Source: Promethearchaeota archaeon
Lineage (GTDB): Archaea > Asgardarchaeota > Lokiarchaeia > Sigyniarchaeales > SOKP01
Length of the DNA stretch: 64,000 nt
Reading direction: 5' to 3'
NCBI GenBank assembly: GCA_016839555.1
Contig: JAEOUA010000006.1
Coordinates: 352,001 to 416,000, forward strand
Made by a program: the position numbers and the translations under genes. The notes beneath the pieces were generated by a model, which searched no databases, had not been told where the DNA came from, and saw only the letters and a list, made by a program, of their open reading frames with translations. Shown in pieces: positions 20,050 through 30,500 of the stretch (the stretch's first letter is position 1; the number at the start of each line of letters is the position of its first letter).

Positions 20050-21285
20050 TTAAAAGTCAGGATTTAATTTTTTTTTTAATCTTAATCGATCTTTAATAAT
20101 GCTTAGAATTGTAGATTCTACAGGGGTACAGCCTTTAATAAAAATTCCTTTTTTGTAATCTTTAACTTTTGAAGTACAATTTCCAATTAAATATGTTTCA
20201 TCATAAAGATCAGAGTAGGTTACTCCCTTTCCAATTGCAAGATGTAAGGGATTATCTTCCGTAAAATTTTGATCAATAAATTCTTTATTATTTTTCAATA
20301 AATTAAAAATGGTAGAAAGACAAGCAGAACAAGAATTAATATCTATTAATCTTACATTTTTATATTTGATTGAAATAGTTTCAGGAGAAGGTTTTAAAGG
20401 GTGAATAAAAGCTTTAATGTTTTCTGGTATTGTTATAATATCCTTCTGTGATTTGGGGCTATTTGGCAGAAGTTCTGAGATTAATTTTAAATGAGGGACC
20501 TCTTTTAATCTCCATTTAGGTTGAGTAATTGCTAAAGCGATGATATCAGCAGCTAAAAAATTAGTGGATGCAATAATAGTATCGAGTTTTATTGGTTCTC
20601 CAGAGGAGGGCCCCATCCCTTCGTGAGCATAGGAAGCATCAATTATCGATAAATCTGCAGAAAAAACATGCGCAAGGTCCGAAATCGCGATATCGAGTTC
20701 TTTCACCTTTTTCATATCTTTTTGGTATTTTTTAATTAATTCAGGAGCTTCTTTATGATGGAGTGTTATTTTCTCCCGCTTATAAATTAATCCTTTTAAA
20801 TTTTTAAAACTAAGGGACGCTCCACAGTGCATATGCATTTTTAACACAGGAATAGAGATTATATGATCTATATCCTCCCAAAATCCTGTTACTTTTATTT
20901 TTTTTAAGATTTTACCGTGAGGTATTTTTAATTCAATAGGCGGTTTTTTATCTAAATCAATAAATTGTAAATCTTCATTTTTAAGTAACTCAGAATATCC
21001 AGATTGTTCAAAAGCTTTTTTTGTATCCGTATTAATAATTGGAGAATCTCCAATAAAATAGTTTGCTTTATATCTGCGTTTTAGATAATCAAAAACAGCA
21101 CTCACAACTTCAGCATTTGTATTAATCCCTAAATGAGGATCAGTTTCTCTTCCAACATTGGGTTTTAATAATATATTTTTACCGAAAAAATCAGGTATTT
21201 CTATATTATCTAGTGAAAATTTAACTGCAAGAGCAATATCTTTATTTTGAGCGAGAGAGACAACCGCTTTTTTCCTACCCATCAT
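20050..21285 (-). CDS. DUF362 domain Fe-S protein
   Basis: LLKPN, KxHxxC..S.KNLKG, EGMGP; C-terminal CSAC / GNC / GCTP cysteines. Confidence 0.8.
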   Translation of the reverse strand: MMGRKKAVVSLAQNKDIALAVKFSLDNIEIPDFFGKNILLKPNVGRETDPHLGINTNAEVVSAVFDYLKRRYKANYFIGDSPIINTDTKKAFEQSGYSELLKNEDLQFIDLDKKPPIELKIPHGKILKKIKVTGFWEDIDHIISIPVLKMHMHCGASLSFKNLKGLIYKREKITLHHKEAPELIKKYQKDMKKVKELDIAISDLAHVFSADLSIIDASYAHEGMGPSSGEPIKLDTIIASTNFLAADIIALAITQPKWRLKEVPHLKLISELLPNSPKSQKDIITIPENIKAFIHPLKPSPETISIKYKNVRLIDINSCSACLSTIFNLLKNNKEFIDQNFTEDNPLHLAIGKGVTYSDLYDETYLIGNCTSKVKDYKKGIFIKGCTPVESTILSIIKDRLRLKKKLNPDF

Positions 21286-22139
21286 TTAATCCCGAGAAAG
21301 TCAATTATTTTTGTTTTCATTAATTCGGCATTAGGAGATTTTCCCGTCCACCATTCAAAGGCGATCACACCCTGATTTACTAACATATCTAATCCGCTTA
21401 ATGTTTCACATCCTATTTCAGACGCTTCTTTAAGAAGTTTAGTTATTAATGGATTATAAACCACATCAAATACAAATAAATCTGGATGGAGAAAATTTTT
21501 TGGCACTGGAGTTGCATCAGTCTTAGGATGCATTCCTATTGGTGTGGCATTTATTAATATATCAGCAGATTTTATTTCCTCCTCTATTGTTGACTCATTA
21601 CTTAATTTCCCTATAATATCAGCATTCATCTTTTCTTTTACTTCATTAGCTAGCTTACGGGCTTTTTCTTCTATAATATCTAAGAGAACAATTTTTTCTG
21701 CTTCTTCTGATAGCATATAGCATAAAGCTCTAGCCACCCCTCCAGCACCAATCATTAGAACTTTTTTATTCGAGATAATACAACCAGCATCTAAGAGGGA
21801 TTTTTTGGCACCATCGGCATCCGTATTTCTTGCTTTAAGGTATCCATCCTCATTTTTTATAGTATTGATCGCGCCTAATTTCTGAGCAAAAGGATCAATT
21901 TCGTCTAAAAAACTCATAACTTTTTCTTTATGAGGAATGGTTACATTGACCCCTTTGATACCTAATGCTCTAATTCCATTAATCGCCTCTTTTAATTGAT
22001 CTGGATGGACATCAAATGCAATATATATAAAATCTAATCCTAATTCTTGTAACGCAGGGTTCCACATAGTCGGACTCATACTATGTTCTACAGGTTGGCC
22101 GATTAAACAGAAGGTTTGAGTTTTTCCTGTAAAAGTCAT
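21282..22139 (-). CDS. aroE: Shikimate dehydrogenase
   Basis: HSMSP, NVTIPHK, GAINT, NTD, GAGG, NATPIGM, DVVYNP, GLDMLVNQ. Confidence 0.95.
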   Translation of the reverse strand: MTFTGKTQTFCLIGQPVEHSMSPTMWNPALQELGLDFIYIAFDVHPDQLKEAINGIRALGIKGVNVTIPHKEKVMSFLDEIDPFAQKLGAINTIKNEDGYLKARNTDADGAKKSLLDAGCIISNKKVLMIGAGGVARALCYMLSEEAEKIVLLDIIEEKARKLANEVKEKMNADIIGKLSNESTIEEEIKSADILINATPIGMHPKTDATPVPKNFLHPDLFVFDVVYNPLITKLLKEASEIGCETLSGLDMLVNQGVIAFEWWTGKSPNAELMKTKIIDFLGIK

Positions 22140-22276
22140 ATTTCATTCCTATTTTAATGTATAATATGTTTTATCATTAAATTATAATATTTTTTATCAT
22201 TTAACCAATTTAATTTATTTTACAATTCATTAATCATTTATTTTATCAGAAAATTTAGTATTAATTCAATCTTGAA

Positions 22277-22825
22277 ATGACAAATTTAAAAAAAGATTCA
22301 ATTGCGTTGATTGGTTTTATGGCGACAGGAAAGACTATTGTCGGTCAGAAACTTGCCCAAGTTCTTAGTAAAGATTATAAATTTATTGAAACCGATCAAA
22401 TGATCATAGATGATGCGGGCAAGTCTATTCCAGAAATATTTGAACAAGATGGAGAAATCCGGTTTAGAGAATATGAGATCCAAGCGTGCAAAAAAGCTTC
22501 CCAGCTGCATCATATGGTAATCTCATGCGGTGGCGGAGTGGTTCTAAATAAAATTAATATAGATTATCTCAAACAAAATTGCCATATTGTCTTGCTGACG
22601 GCTACTGCTGAAGAAATTTATAATAGAGCTATGAAGGATGGGCAGGAAACGAGACCAGTCATCGATAAAGATGATCCTAAAGCTGAAATTAAGAATGTTT
22701 TAGATTTTCGAGAACCTTTTTATAACGCCGCTGCAGAGATTGTCGTTAATACCACGAATAAGAGTTTGGAGGAAATTGTAGCTGAAATTATTACTAAAAC
22801 AAAAATTACGGAAAATAATAAATGA
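22277..22825 (+). CDS. aroK: Shikimate kinase, bacterial (NMP-kinase fold) type
   Basis: GFMATGKT, D...I.EIF...GE..FR..E, CGGG, RP, R.P.Y. Confidence 0.92.
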   Translation: MTNLKKDSIALIGFMATGKTIVGQKLAQVLSKDYKFIETDQMIIDDAGKSIPEIFEQDGEIRFREYEIQACKKASQLHHMVISCGGGVVLNKINIDYLKQNCHIVLLTATAEEIYNRAMKDGQETRPVIDKDDPKAEIKNVLDFREPFYNAAAEIVVNTTNKSLEEIVAEIITKTKITENNK

Positions 22826-22963
22826 TAACTTTAAATCTTTTAATGTTTAAAGTTAAATCAAATCAATAAAAGCACAAACATGTTAATAGAAAATTATACT
22901 TTTATCTATTTATCAATAAATGTATATAAATTATATTTAAGAAGATGCCTATAGCAAAATACT

Positions 22964-23812
22964 ATGTCTATCATAGAAGATTTCATTCAGCTCATAAGTT
23001 CTCTTGAGCGAACTTTTGAAGTTCCTAAGATTGAGCAAATATTTTTTCCTTCTATGGAAATGAATCTTGCAGATCAAAATTATAATAATTTTGGGGCTAT
23101 AAAACTCCAAGATGATTCAATTGGCATAATTTACATAGGATTAAACTATGATATAAAACGAAAAGCCCAAGATTATAAAACTGAAACATTAGAGAGAATA
23201 AATCCATATTATCTTGCAAAAGAAGTTGAATCAAAAGATCTTTTTAGGAAGACTCTTGCTTTTGGAGCAATTAATGCCATCTGTCAATCTTTTCTAAAAC
23301 AAATTAACTATTCCTTCGATTTTACGACTGACAGTTTGGGATTACTTTCCCTTCAAGAAGGAGATTTAGTGGGAATGGTGGGATTATTCCCTCCATTGTT
23401 GAAAAGGATCGAGAAGATGAATATTCCTTTATATATCATCGAAAAAAAAGAGCATTTTGTTCAGAAACATAAAAAATGGGAAGTCTCATTAGATCCGAGC
23501 CTATTAAATAAATGTAATAAAGTGCTGTGTACAAGCACTACCGTATTAAATGATTCTATAGATGAAATACTTTCTCATTGTCAAAATGCTGAAAGAATTT
23601 CTATAATTGGCCCAACAGCCGGTTTTTTACCTGATCCATTATTTAAAAGAGGAATTGATGTGATTGGAGGGACTTATGTATCTTATCCTTCATTATTTAT
23701 GGAGAGGATTAATCAAAATAAAAAATGGGGTAATTCAACAAAAAAATATTGTATTCAAGCTAAAAATTATGTTGGACTTACGTCATTATTAAAAAATTTA
23801 GAAAAATCATAA
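22964..23812 (+). CDS. DUF364 (Rossmann-like, putative heavy-metal chelation) protein
   Basis: GAINA, VGMVGLFPP, TSTTVLNDS, IGPT motifs. Confidence 0.75.
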   Translation: MSIIEDFIQLISSLERTFEVPKIEQIFFPSMEMNLADQNYNNFGAIKLQDDSIGIIYIGLNYDIKRKAQDYKTETLERINPYYLAKEVESKDLFRKTLAFGAINAICQSFLKQINYSFDFTTDSLGLLSLQEGDLVGMVGLFPPLLKRIEKMNIPLYIIEKKEHFVQKHKKWEVSLDPSLLNKCNKVLCTSTTVLNDSIDEILSHCQNAERISIIGPTAGFLPDPLFKRGIDVIGGTYVSYPSLFMERINQNKKWGNSTKKYCIQAKNYVGLTSLLKNLEKS

Positions 23813-23913
23813 TTTATCATTACTCCATCTCTTTTAAACTATTTTCTAGTTTCTTAAAAATAACTTTTATATAGTTTTTAGAAATAAAAAAATTCCTATA
23901 AGCGTAGATTTAA

Positions 23914-24144
23914 ATGTCTATACTTTACTTTTTATATAGTATATCAATAATATACGGGGTTTTGGTAGTGGTAGAATATAAGCGGATTAAATGCCCAGAA
24001 TGCGGCAATGAAGACCCAAGGAAATTATTTGAGCAAGCCGATAAAACTACAGTGTTATATTACAGTATGCAGGGAACTCCTGTATACCGTAAGCAAATGA
24101 AATGCGGAAATTGTGGTAATATCTTTGATAAAAATAATAGTTAA
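23914..24144 (+). CDS. Small zinc-ribbon protein (true start probably GTG near 23968)
   Basis: CPECG...CGNCG. Confidence 0.7.
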   Translation: MSILYFLYSISIIYGVLVVVEYKRIKCPECGNEDPRKLFEQADKTTVLYYSMQGTPVYRKQMKCGNCGNIFDKNNS

Positions 24145-24207
24145 TTCTTATTAATTTCATTAAGTTTTACCTTTTTTTTATTATAGCATTCCATTAGAGA
24201 AATTATT

Positions 24208-25410
24208 CTAAAGTGATAAGATTATTTTATTTTGAGCTTTAAGCATTCCTTCCATGATTAAAACCATCGCATCTTGAATATAAGGCAAATTTGCAGGGAC
24301 ACTTCGTTTTGCATCCACGCTTGCCATTAAGACTTCATTTAACCCCCTAAGGATCATGTCGGTATCATACCAGGGTCGTTTGGATGCCCACCACTGAGCA
24401 CATGAATGGATCCCCCGATCAAGCAAATTTCGGGCATTATCAAAAATCTTTCTCTTTTCATAATCCATGCTTTCGTAATATTTAGCAGATAAATGAACAA
24501 TGGTTAAGGCAAACATTAAAAATCTATGCTGTTCGATATGTATTTCGTTCTCTGGATTAAACCAGAGGGGGTAAGGCACATCCATTGCAAGATCATACGG
24601 CATAGTAGACCAAGAGGAATCTCTGGGTTTTTGTTTCTCGCCTAAAGGAAAAATGTCTACGATTTCTGAGATTGTGCATATTCTAATATCTTGTTGATTA
24701 GGTAATGCTTTAAATAAAGGAATTAAAAAGTCTGATATGGCAAGTTTGACATGATGGCCAAATGTTTCTCCATCCATAGCAAGAATTAGATAAGTATCTT
24801 CATTGGTGTTCGTATATTTTAGGCGGTTGATGAAGGTATCTACATTATTTATTTTATTAAAAGCACAATCGATTGAGATATAATCGTCCCGGAAAATCAG
24901 CTTTAAACCGTTAGGATGTTGAGAGATAAAATTTATTGGAAAATTCGGGAGAGAATTTGCGATTCCGCTCATGATAATCCATTCAAAACCCATTTTATTC
25001 ACTACATCAAGGACTTCTTCGGAAATGGCCATTTCAGGTGGGAAAAATCCTCTTGGTTTGTAAACTTTGCCAAAAAAATGTTTATTGGTCTGATTATTTA
25101 ATTTTATCTGGCGTTTAATCTCTGGTTCTGGAATTAATGGCAGTAAAGGGTGGAATTTTCCAGAACTTGTAAATTCGATTTGCCCCCGTGATGCCAAGGT
25201 TATTATACCTTCGATTAGATCAGAATAGCCAAAATCATCTAATTGCTCTGTGAGAGTTCCATTAATATTTAGAGTTATTTTTGTATCTGGATATTGTTTT
25301 AACGCATTAATAAGTGGGAAGTAGGATTCTCTTACAATTTGTTTAATAACAGGTGCTATCTGAGTAGGAGGTTGATAGATATGGAAAAGAAAGCTAAAAT
25401 AGACAACCAT
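24208..25410 (-). CDS. Glycoside hydrolase family 57 protein
   Basis: HIYQP, HPLLPL, PPEMA nucleophile, DGETFGHH, SSWS. Confidence 0.88.
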   Translation of the reverse strand: MVVYFSFLFHIYQPPTQIAPVIKQIVRESYFPLINALKQYPDTKITLNINGTLTEQLDDFGYSDLIEGIITLASRGQIEFTSSGKFHPLLPLIPEPEIKRQIKLNNQTNKHFFGKVYKPRGFFPPEMAISEEVLDVVNKMGFEWIIMSGIANSLPNFPINFISQHPNGLKLIFRDDYISIDCAFNKINNVDTFINRLKYTNTNEDTYLILAMDGETFGHHVKLAISDFLIPLFKALPNQQDIRICTISEIVDIFPLGEKQKPRDSSWSTMPYDLAMDVPYPLWFNPENEIHIEQHRFLMFALTIVHLSAKYYESMDYEKRKIFDNARNLLDRGIHSCAQWWASKRPWYDTDMILRGLNEVLMASVDAKRSVPANLPYIQDAMVLIMEGMLKAQNKIILSL

Positions 25411-25572
25411 AATTAATTTCTTTAATCCTATAAAGTAATTAAACTCTTGTTAAATATCGTATATAATCAGAAATAATTTCCAAAGATATGATATAGCTTT
25501 TTGAAGCAAAATTAATTTATGAGTTATAATTTCTTTAAAGTATAAGTTTATAATAATCAAATGCTCTAATCT

Positions 25573-27078
25573 ATGAGAATTCCTAAAACTCCGATAATTA
25601 TTTCTTGTTCTCAGTATACCCAGCGAAAAGATTCTGATGCTCATTTGGATCCTCTCAGTTTAATGATAAAGACTGGACGGAACGCAATAAAGAATGCGGG
25701 AGTAGAAGAAATAAAGGAATATATTGATGCTATTTATATGATGAATATCAATAGCTGGTCTTACAAAGATGCTCCGGCAGCATTAGGGAGTGCGCTCAAT
25801 ATAATCCCCAAAGAGAAAGTATATTTACCAGATGGTGGAAATACTCCCCAAATGTTAGTCAATCGGGCAGCTAGAAAAATTTCAACACATAATCTTAGAG
25901 GAATTTTAATTATCGGAGCTGAATCGTCCTATTCTCTATTTCTTGAAAGAAAAGGAAAAATAAAATTAGATTGGCCCAAGAGGAGAAACCCAGATTATAT
26001 GGAAGGCGAACTATGGGATGGTATAAATCAATTCGAAAATAAATATAAGTTTAAATTTCCTCCATTAAGTTATGCCGTCCTTGAAAATGCGGTAAGAAAT
26101 GCTGCGGGAAGGAGTATAGAAGAACATAGAGCGTATATAGGGAACTTATTCCAGCATTTCTCTGAAATAGCAGCTAAAAATCCATATGCATTTTCTCAGA
26201 AGGTTTATACCGCCGAAGAAATTATTAATCCCACTAGAAATAATCGAATGATTTGTTTTCCTTATACAAAGAGTATGTGTTCGAATATGTTTGTGGATCA
26301 ATCGGCGGCAGTTTTGATAATAAATAAACCTATTGCAGAAGAGTTAGGGATTAGTAAAACCCATTGGGTTTATATAATGGGAGGAAGTGATTTAAAAAAT
26401 ATTCATGAGATTACTCGCCGCCCACATCTCCATACATCTCCAGCAGCTCGCGAGGGAGTAAAATTAGCTTTAAATCAAGCAGGTTTAGAATTAGAGGAGA
26501 TAGATGCATTTGACTTGTATAGTTGCTTTCCATCTATCGTAGAAATAATGAAGAAAGAAATAGGAATCTCAGAAAATGATCCCAGAGATTTAACATTAAC
26601 GGGAGGGCTTCCCTATTCTGGAGGCCCATGGAGTAATTATTCGCTTCACGCAATTGCGACCGCTGTCGAAAAAATACAGAAAAATCCAAAATTAAAAATT
26701 ATGGTGGTTGCAAATGGCGGATATAATACCAAGCAATCTTTTGGCATTTATGGGAAAAATCCAGCGGCAATTCCTTGGAATGTTGAAAATTCCTCCACCA
26801 TTCAAGATGAGATCTTAAAGAATTCCTTGAAAGATCCAATTAAAAAAGCAAACGGAATGTTGATGATAGAGGGATATACAATTACCTATAATCGAGATCA
26901 ACAACCAATAGAAGGCATTGTAATTGGAAAGATAGAGGAAAATAGAAGAACGCTTGCTTATATTAAAGTGAATCAAGATAAATTAATCGAGCTTGAGCAT
27001 ATAGAATTGTTAGGGAAAAGCTTTCCTGTCTATTATGATAACAAATTACAATATAACATTATTGAAATAAAATATTAA
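25573..27078 (+). CDS. Thiolase-like protein (acetyl-CoA acetyltransferase subfamily)
   Basis: GGNTPQ, NPYA, VDQSAA, DLYSCFP, TLTGGLPY.GGP..NY. Confidence 0.82.
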   Translation: MRIPKTPIIISCSQYTQRKDSDAHLDPLSLMIKTGRNAIKNAGVEEIKEYIDAIYMMNINSWSYKDAPAALGSALNIIPKEKVYLPDGGNTPQMLVNRAARKISTHNLRGILIIGAESSYSLFLERKGKIKLDWPKRRNPDYMEGELWDGINQFENKYKFKFPPLSYAVLENAVRNAAGRSIEEHRAYIGNLFQHFSEIAAKNPYAFSQKVYTAEEIINPTRNNRMICFPYTKSMCSNMFVDQSAAVLIINKPIAEELGISKTHWVYIMGGSDLKNIHEITRRPHLHTSPAAREGVKLALNQAGLELEEIDAFDLYSCFPSIVEIMKKEIGISENDPRDLTLTGGLPYSGGPWSNYSLHAIATAVEKIQKNPKLKIMVVANGGYNTKQSFGIYGKNPAAIPWNVENSSTIQDEILKNSLKDPIKKANGMLMIEGYTITYNRDQQPIEGIVIGKIEENRRTLAYIKVNQDKLIELEHIELLGKSFPVYYDNKLQYNIIEIKY

Positions 27079-27809
27079 AGAAGGGAAAGGAAATTCCTCA
27101 TTGTGGTAATATTAAGTTGCCCAGGCGCAGTGGTCTCTTCTAAGGCAGCATAGGTGAAAAAGGAGCCCTCCTTTATACACATTATTCTTGAAAAGATACC
27201 CAATTCTCCCATACAAAATGAGATAATTTTATACCCTTGCGAATTAAAGTTAGCGCATAGCTTCAAAGGGATGAGATTGTCTTCAAATTGAGTTGCTGTG
27301 AAAATTATTTTAAATATAAAGGATTCAAAGATAATTTCATCAGCTTGAATTAATTTTTTTAACTTACTCATATAATTCTCAATAAGTTGTAGAGCCTCTT
27401 GAAGCGGTTCTGTAGTTTGGAAATTATGATAAGAAGAAATTATTTTAACTCCTTTTTTCATACATAAATCAACAATCTCTTGTATAAGATTAATTGGAGA
27501 TCGTATTTCAATATCAAGATAATCTGGTTTTGCTTCAATTAATCTCTTAAGTATAGAAAGTCTCTGAGAAGATTTAAGTTCGAGATGTCCTCCTTCAAGA
27601 TTACTTCTGAGCGTAAAAATAAGAGGTATATTAGTTAAGCTTAGAAGTTGTTCCAAAAAAGACCTGCTAATTAGATTTACATCGTCGATATAATCAAATC
27701 GTAATTCAATAAAATCAGGCTTTTCTTTTATGATCTGCTTTAATATTGTTGTATTTATATCAATATTAGACGTTTTAATTGGGACGGCAATACAAAATTT
27801 ATCGCTCAT
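27075..27809 (-). CDS. aroD: Type I 3-dehydroquinate dehydratase
   Basis: ELRFD, FTLR..EGG, YLDIE, SYHNF, MGELG..SR, APGQ. Confidence 0.92.
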   Translation of the reverse strand: MSDKFCIAVPIKTSNIDINTTILKQIIKEKPDFIELRFDYIDDVNLISRSFLEQLLSLTNIPLIFTLRSNLEGGHLELKSSQRLSILKRLIEAKPDYLDIEIRSPINLIQEIVDLCMKKGVKIISSYHNFQTTEPLQEALQLIENYMSKLKKLIQADEIIFESFIFKIIFTATQFEDNLIPLKLCANFNSQGYKIISFCMGELGIFSRIMCIKEGSFFTYAALEETTAPGQLNITTMRNFLSLL

Positions 27810-27837
27810 AATTTAAATAAAAAAATTAAAATATTTA

Positions 27838-28494
27838 CTAAACTTCCAAAATATCTTTGATTTCGTCTTCGGTAAGTTCCAAAGTGTTTTGAGCATCGAC
27901 CTTTTTTAATTTTCCCTTTTTCCTATAATGTTCAATTATTGGTTTTGCATTTTTTTCATATACATCTAATCGCTTCTCTAAGGTTTCTTCAGAGTCATCA
28001 CTCCTTTGTTGAAATTCTATTTCTGCTCCACACTGATCACAAATCCATTTATTTTCCCCTATTTGTTTTTTAGGTTGAAGAGTATATTTATTATAAATTT
28101 CTCCACATTCAAGACAGCTGAATCTCCCTAAAATTCGTTTCTTAATAATATCTCGAGGGACATCAAGTAAAAGAAATGAATCTACATCTGCATTTTCATC
28201 TAAAAATTCTACTTGATTCATATTTCTAGGATATCCATCTAAAATCCAAGATTGTTTTTCAATCTTAGATAATTTATCTTTAACCAATTCATTTGTCAAG
28301 CTATCTGGAACTAATTCTCCCGCTTCCATATATTCTTTAGCTTTTTTACCTAAAAGTGTTTCATTTTTAAGATTTTCTCGAAATATATCGCCGGTACTTA
28401 TATGTTTAAATTCAGGAACAATTTCCATAATTCTTGAGGAGAACGTCCCTTTACCCGCGCCTGGAGGTCCAAATATCAATATATGTTTAGCCAT
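27838..28494 (-). CDS. adk: Adenylate kinase, bacterial type with Zn-binding LID
   Basis: GPPGAGKGT, HISTGDIFR, GELVPD, LDGYPR, CxxC...CxxC LID, RSDD. Confidence 0.92.
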   Translation of the reverse strand: MAKHILIFGPPGAGKGTFSSRIMEIVPEFKHISTGDIFRENLKNETLLGKKAKEYMEAGELVPDSLTNELVKDKLSKIEKQSWILDGYPRNMNQVEFLDENADVDSFLLLDVPRDIIKKRILGRFSCLECGEIYNKYTLQPKKQIGENKWICDQCGAEIEFQQRSDDSEETLEKRLDVYEKNAKPIIEHYRKKGKLKKVDAQNTLELTEDEIKDILEV

Positions 28495-28845
28495 TTTATT
28501 TTTTTCTATATTCTTTTTTTATATGATATATTAACGTGATTTATTAAGTTTAAAAATATTAAAAAAACTTTAGGTTTAAAGTTTTTTAAAATATAAGAAT
28601 TGGATATTTATCATTTTATATTAATTTTCATTAAAAAAGCATTATTCTCAATCATCAATTTATTGAACTACAAAAGAAAAATATGTAATAAATTATTTTT
28701 GGTATAATCTATTTTAATAAATTAAACTTAATTTAATTAAAACTAATTAATAATAATTTCCAATCTTTTTTATTCTGATTAATTTGATGAAATTTAAAAA
28801 GCATAAAATAATTAGATAGTAAATTAAGTTTTTGGGTAAAATAAT

Positions 28846-30396
28846 TTGAAAATTCTTTATATCAATCCAGCAAGAATACGAGCGGGCTTAGATTTCGTGA
28901 TTAAGGGACAGCCTTTAAATTTAATGTCAATAGCGGCGATGGTCCCAGAGCATGATGCGAAATTAATTGATTTTAAGGTTCAAAAATATGATGAAAATCA
29001 ATTAAAGAGAGAATGTAATCGACATGATGTTGTTGCTCTAACAAGCATGACTCCACAAATATATGGGGCATTAGAAAATGCGAAAATAGCAAAAGAGCAA
29101 GGATGTACAACCATTATAGGGGGGTATCATCCAACTTTAGATCCCGAATTTGTAACGAAAAATTCTTCCATTGATTATGTGATAAGAGGAGAAGGGGAAC
29201 ATACCTTTCGGGAATTAATTGATTTTCTTGACGGGGATAAGGAAAACATTTCATTGAAGGAGATAAAAGGAGTATCATATAAAAATGACCAAGAAAAAAT
29301 CATACATAATGAAAAACGCCCGTTAGAACCTAATTTAGATAATTTCCCCATGCCAAGACGGGACCTTATAAATTATAAGGATTATTTATATTTAGGGGCG
29401 AGAGTAGCCTCAGTAGAGAGTTCAAGAGGATGTCCACATTCATGTAAATTTTGCTGTATCCATAAAATGTGGAATGACCATAAGCTTTCTTATAGAACAA
29501 AGAGCATAAAGAGGATTATGCAAGAGATATATGACGTGAATTGGAACAACGATTTTATATTCTTCTGCGAGGATAATTTCACAATTAACGTAAAGCGAAC
29601 TAAAAAGATTCTTAATACCATTATTAGGTCTGGTATTCACCATAAGATGTTATTTAGCTGCCAATCTAGAGTGGATACCCTCTATAGGCATCCAGAAATT
29701 ATTGATTTAATGGATAAAGCAGAAATAAGGCAGGTATTTCTTGGTATTGAATCTGTTCATCAACAAAGCTTAGATGCCATGAATAAAAGAAATACTAATC
29801 CAAAAATGACTCGTAAAGTGGTAAATATGCTTCAAGATCGGGGGATTTCTATATTCGGTGGAGTGATTATAGGTTATCCAGGAGAAACTAAGAAAATGGT
29901 CCGACAAACTATCCAATATACGAAATCTCTGAATTTAACCTGTGTACAATTTACACCAATTACAGCCTTTCCAGGAACGGAATTTTATGAAGAAATGAAA
30001 GCACAAGGAAAAATTGTAAGTAATAATTATAGAAGATACAATCTATTTCACTCCATGATGAGAACAGATGAATTAACCGCAGAAGAAATGTATAACTTAG
30101 TAGTTGAAGCATATGCATCTTATTATTTAAGCGGAGAATGGTTAAGATTAGTCACTCTTAGATATGCGAATCCACTTGGTAAATTTAATTGGATGGGACA
30201 TAATGTTCCTAGATTTGTAAAACAGACGATGAAGAACGGATGGGCAATGCTTCGCACACAGGGAATAGAAACTTCAAAAGTCTCACCAGAATTAAGGCAA
30301 ATCGAAAAGAACGCAAAAAGTGCAAAAAAGAAGACAGGTGAAATCTTCAAAATTGAAAATCAAATAGAGCCCTTAGTCATTGAAAAACAAATTTAA
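28846..30396 (+). CDS. Cobalamin-binding (class B) radical SAM protein
   Basis: N-terminal B12-binding domain (GGYHPT, GEGE), SRGCPHSCKFC, GIES, GYPGET, FPGT. Confidence 0.9.
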   Translation: MKILYINPARIRAGLDFVIKGQPLNLMSIAAMVPEHDAKLIDFKVQKYDENQLKRECNRHDVVALTSMTPQIYGALENAKIAKEQGCTTIIGGYHPTLDPEFVTKNSSIDYVIRGEGEHTFRELIDFLDGDKENISLKEIKGVSYKNDQEKIIHNEKRPLEPNLDNFPMPRRDLINYKDYLYLGARVASVESSRGCPHSCKFCCIHKMWNDHKLSYRTKSIKRIMQEIYDVNWNNDFIFFCEDNFTINVKRTKKILNTIIRSGIHHKMLFSCQSRVDTLYRHPEIIDLMDKAEIRQVFLGIESVHQQSLDAMNKRNTNPKMTRKVVNMLQDRGISIFGGVIIGYPGETKKMVRQTIQYTKSLNLTCVQFTPITAFPGTEFYEEMKAQGKIVSNNYRRYNLFHSMMRTDELTAEEMYNLVVEAYASYYLSGEWLRLVTLRYANPLGKFNWMGHNVPRFVKQTMKNGWAMLRTQGIETSKVSPELRQIEKNAKSAKKKTGEIFKIENQIEPLVIEKQI

Positions 30397-30500
30397 TTTA
30401 ATATATTTAATTTTTTTAAGAAAATATTATTACTTGCCGAAAAATTATTAAAATTTACCAAAATTGATAAAAAGAAGAAACTTATTTTGGATTTAAGAGA

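Noticed and set aside
23914-23967. Hydrophobic N-terminus of the small zinc-ribbon ORF as a TM anchor
   Set aside because: It overlaps a TATA-like TTTATATA and an SD-like GGGGT, so a downstream GTG start is more plausible.
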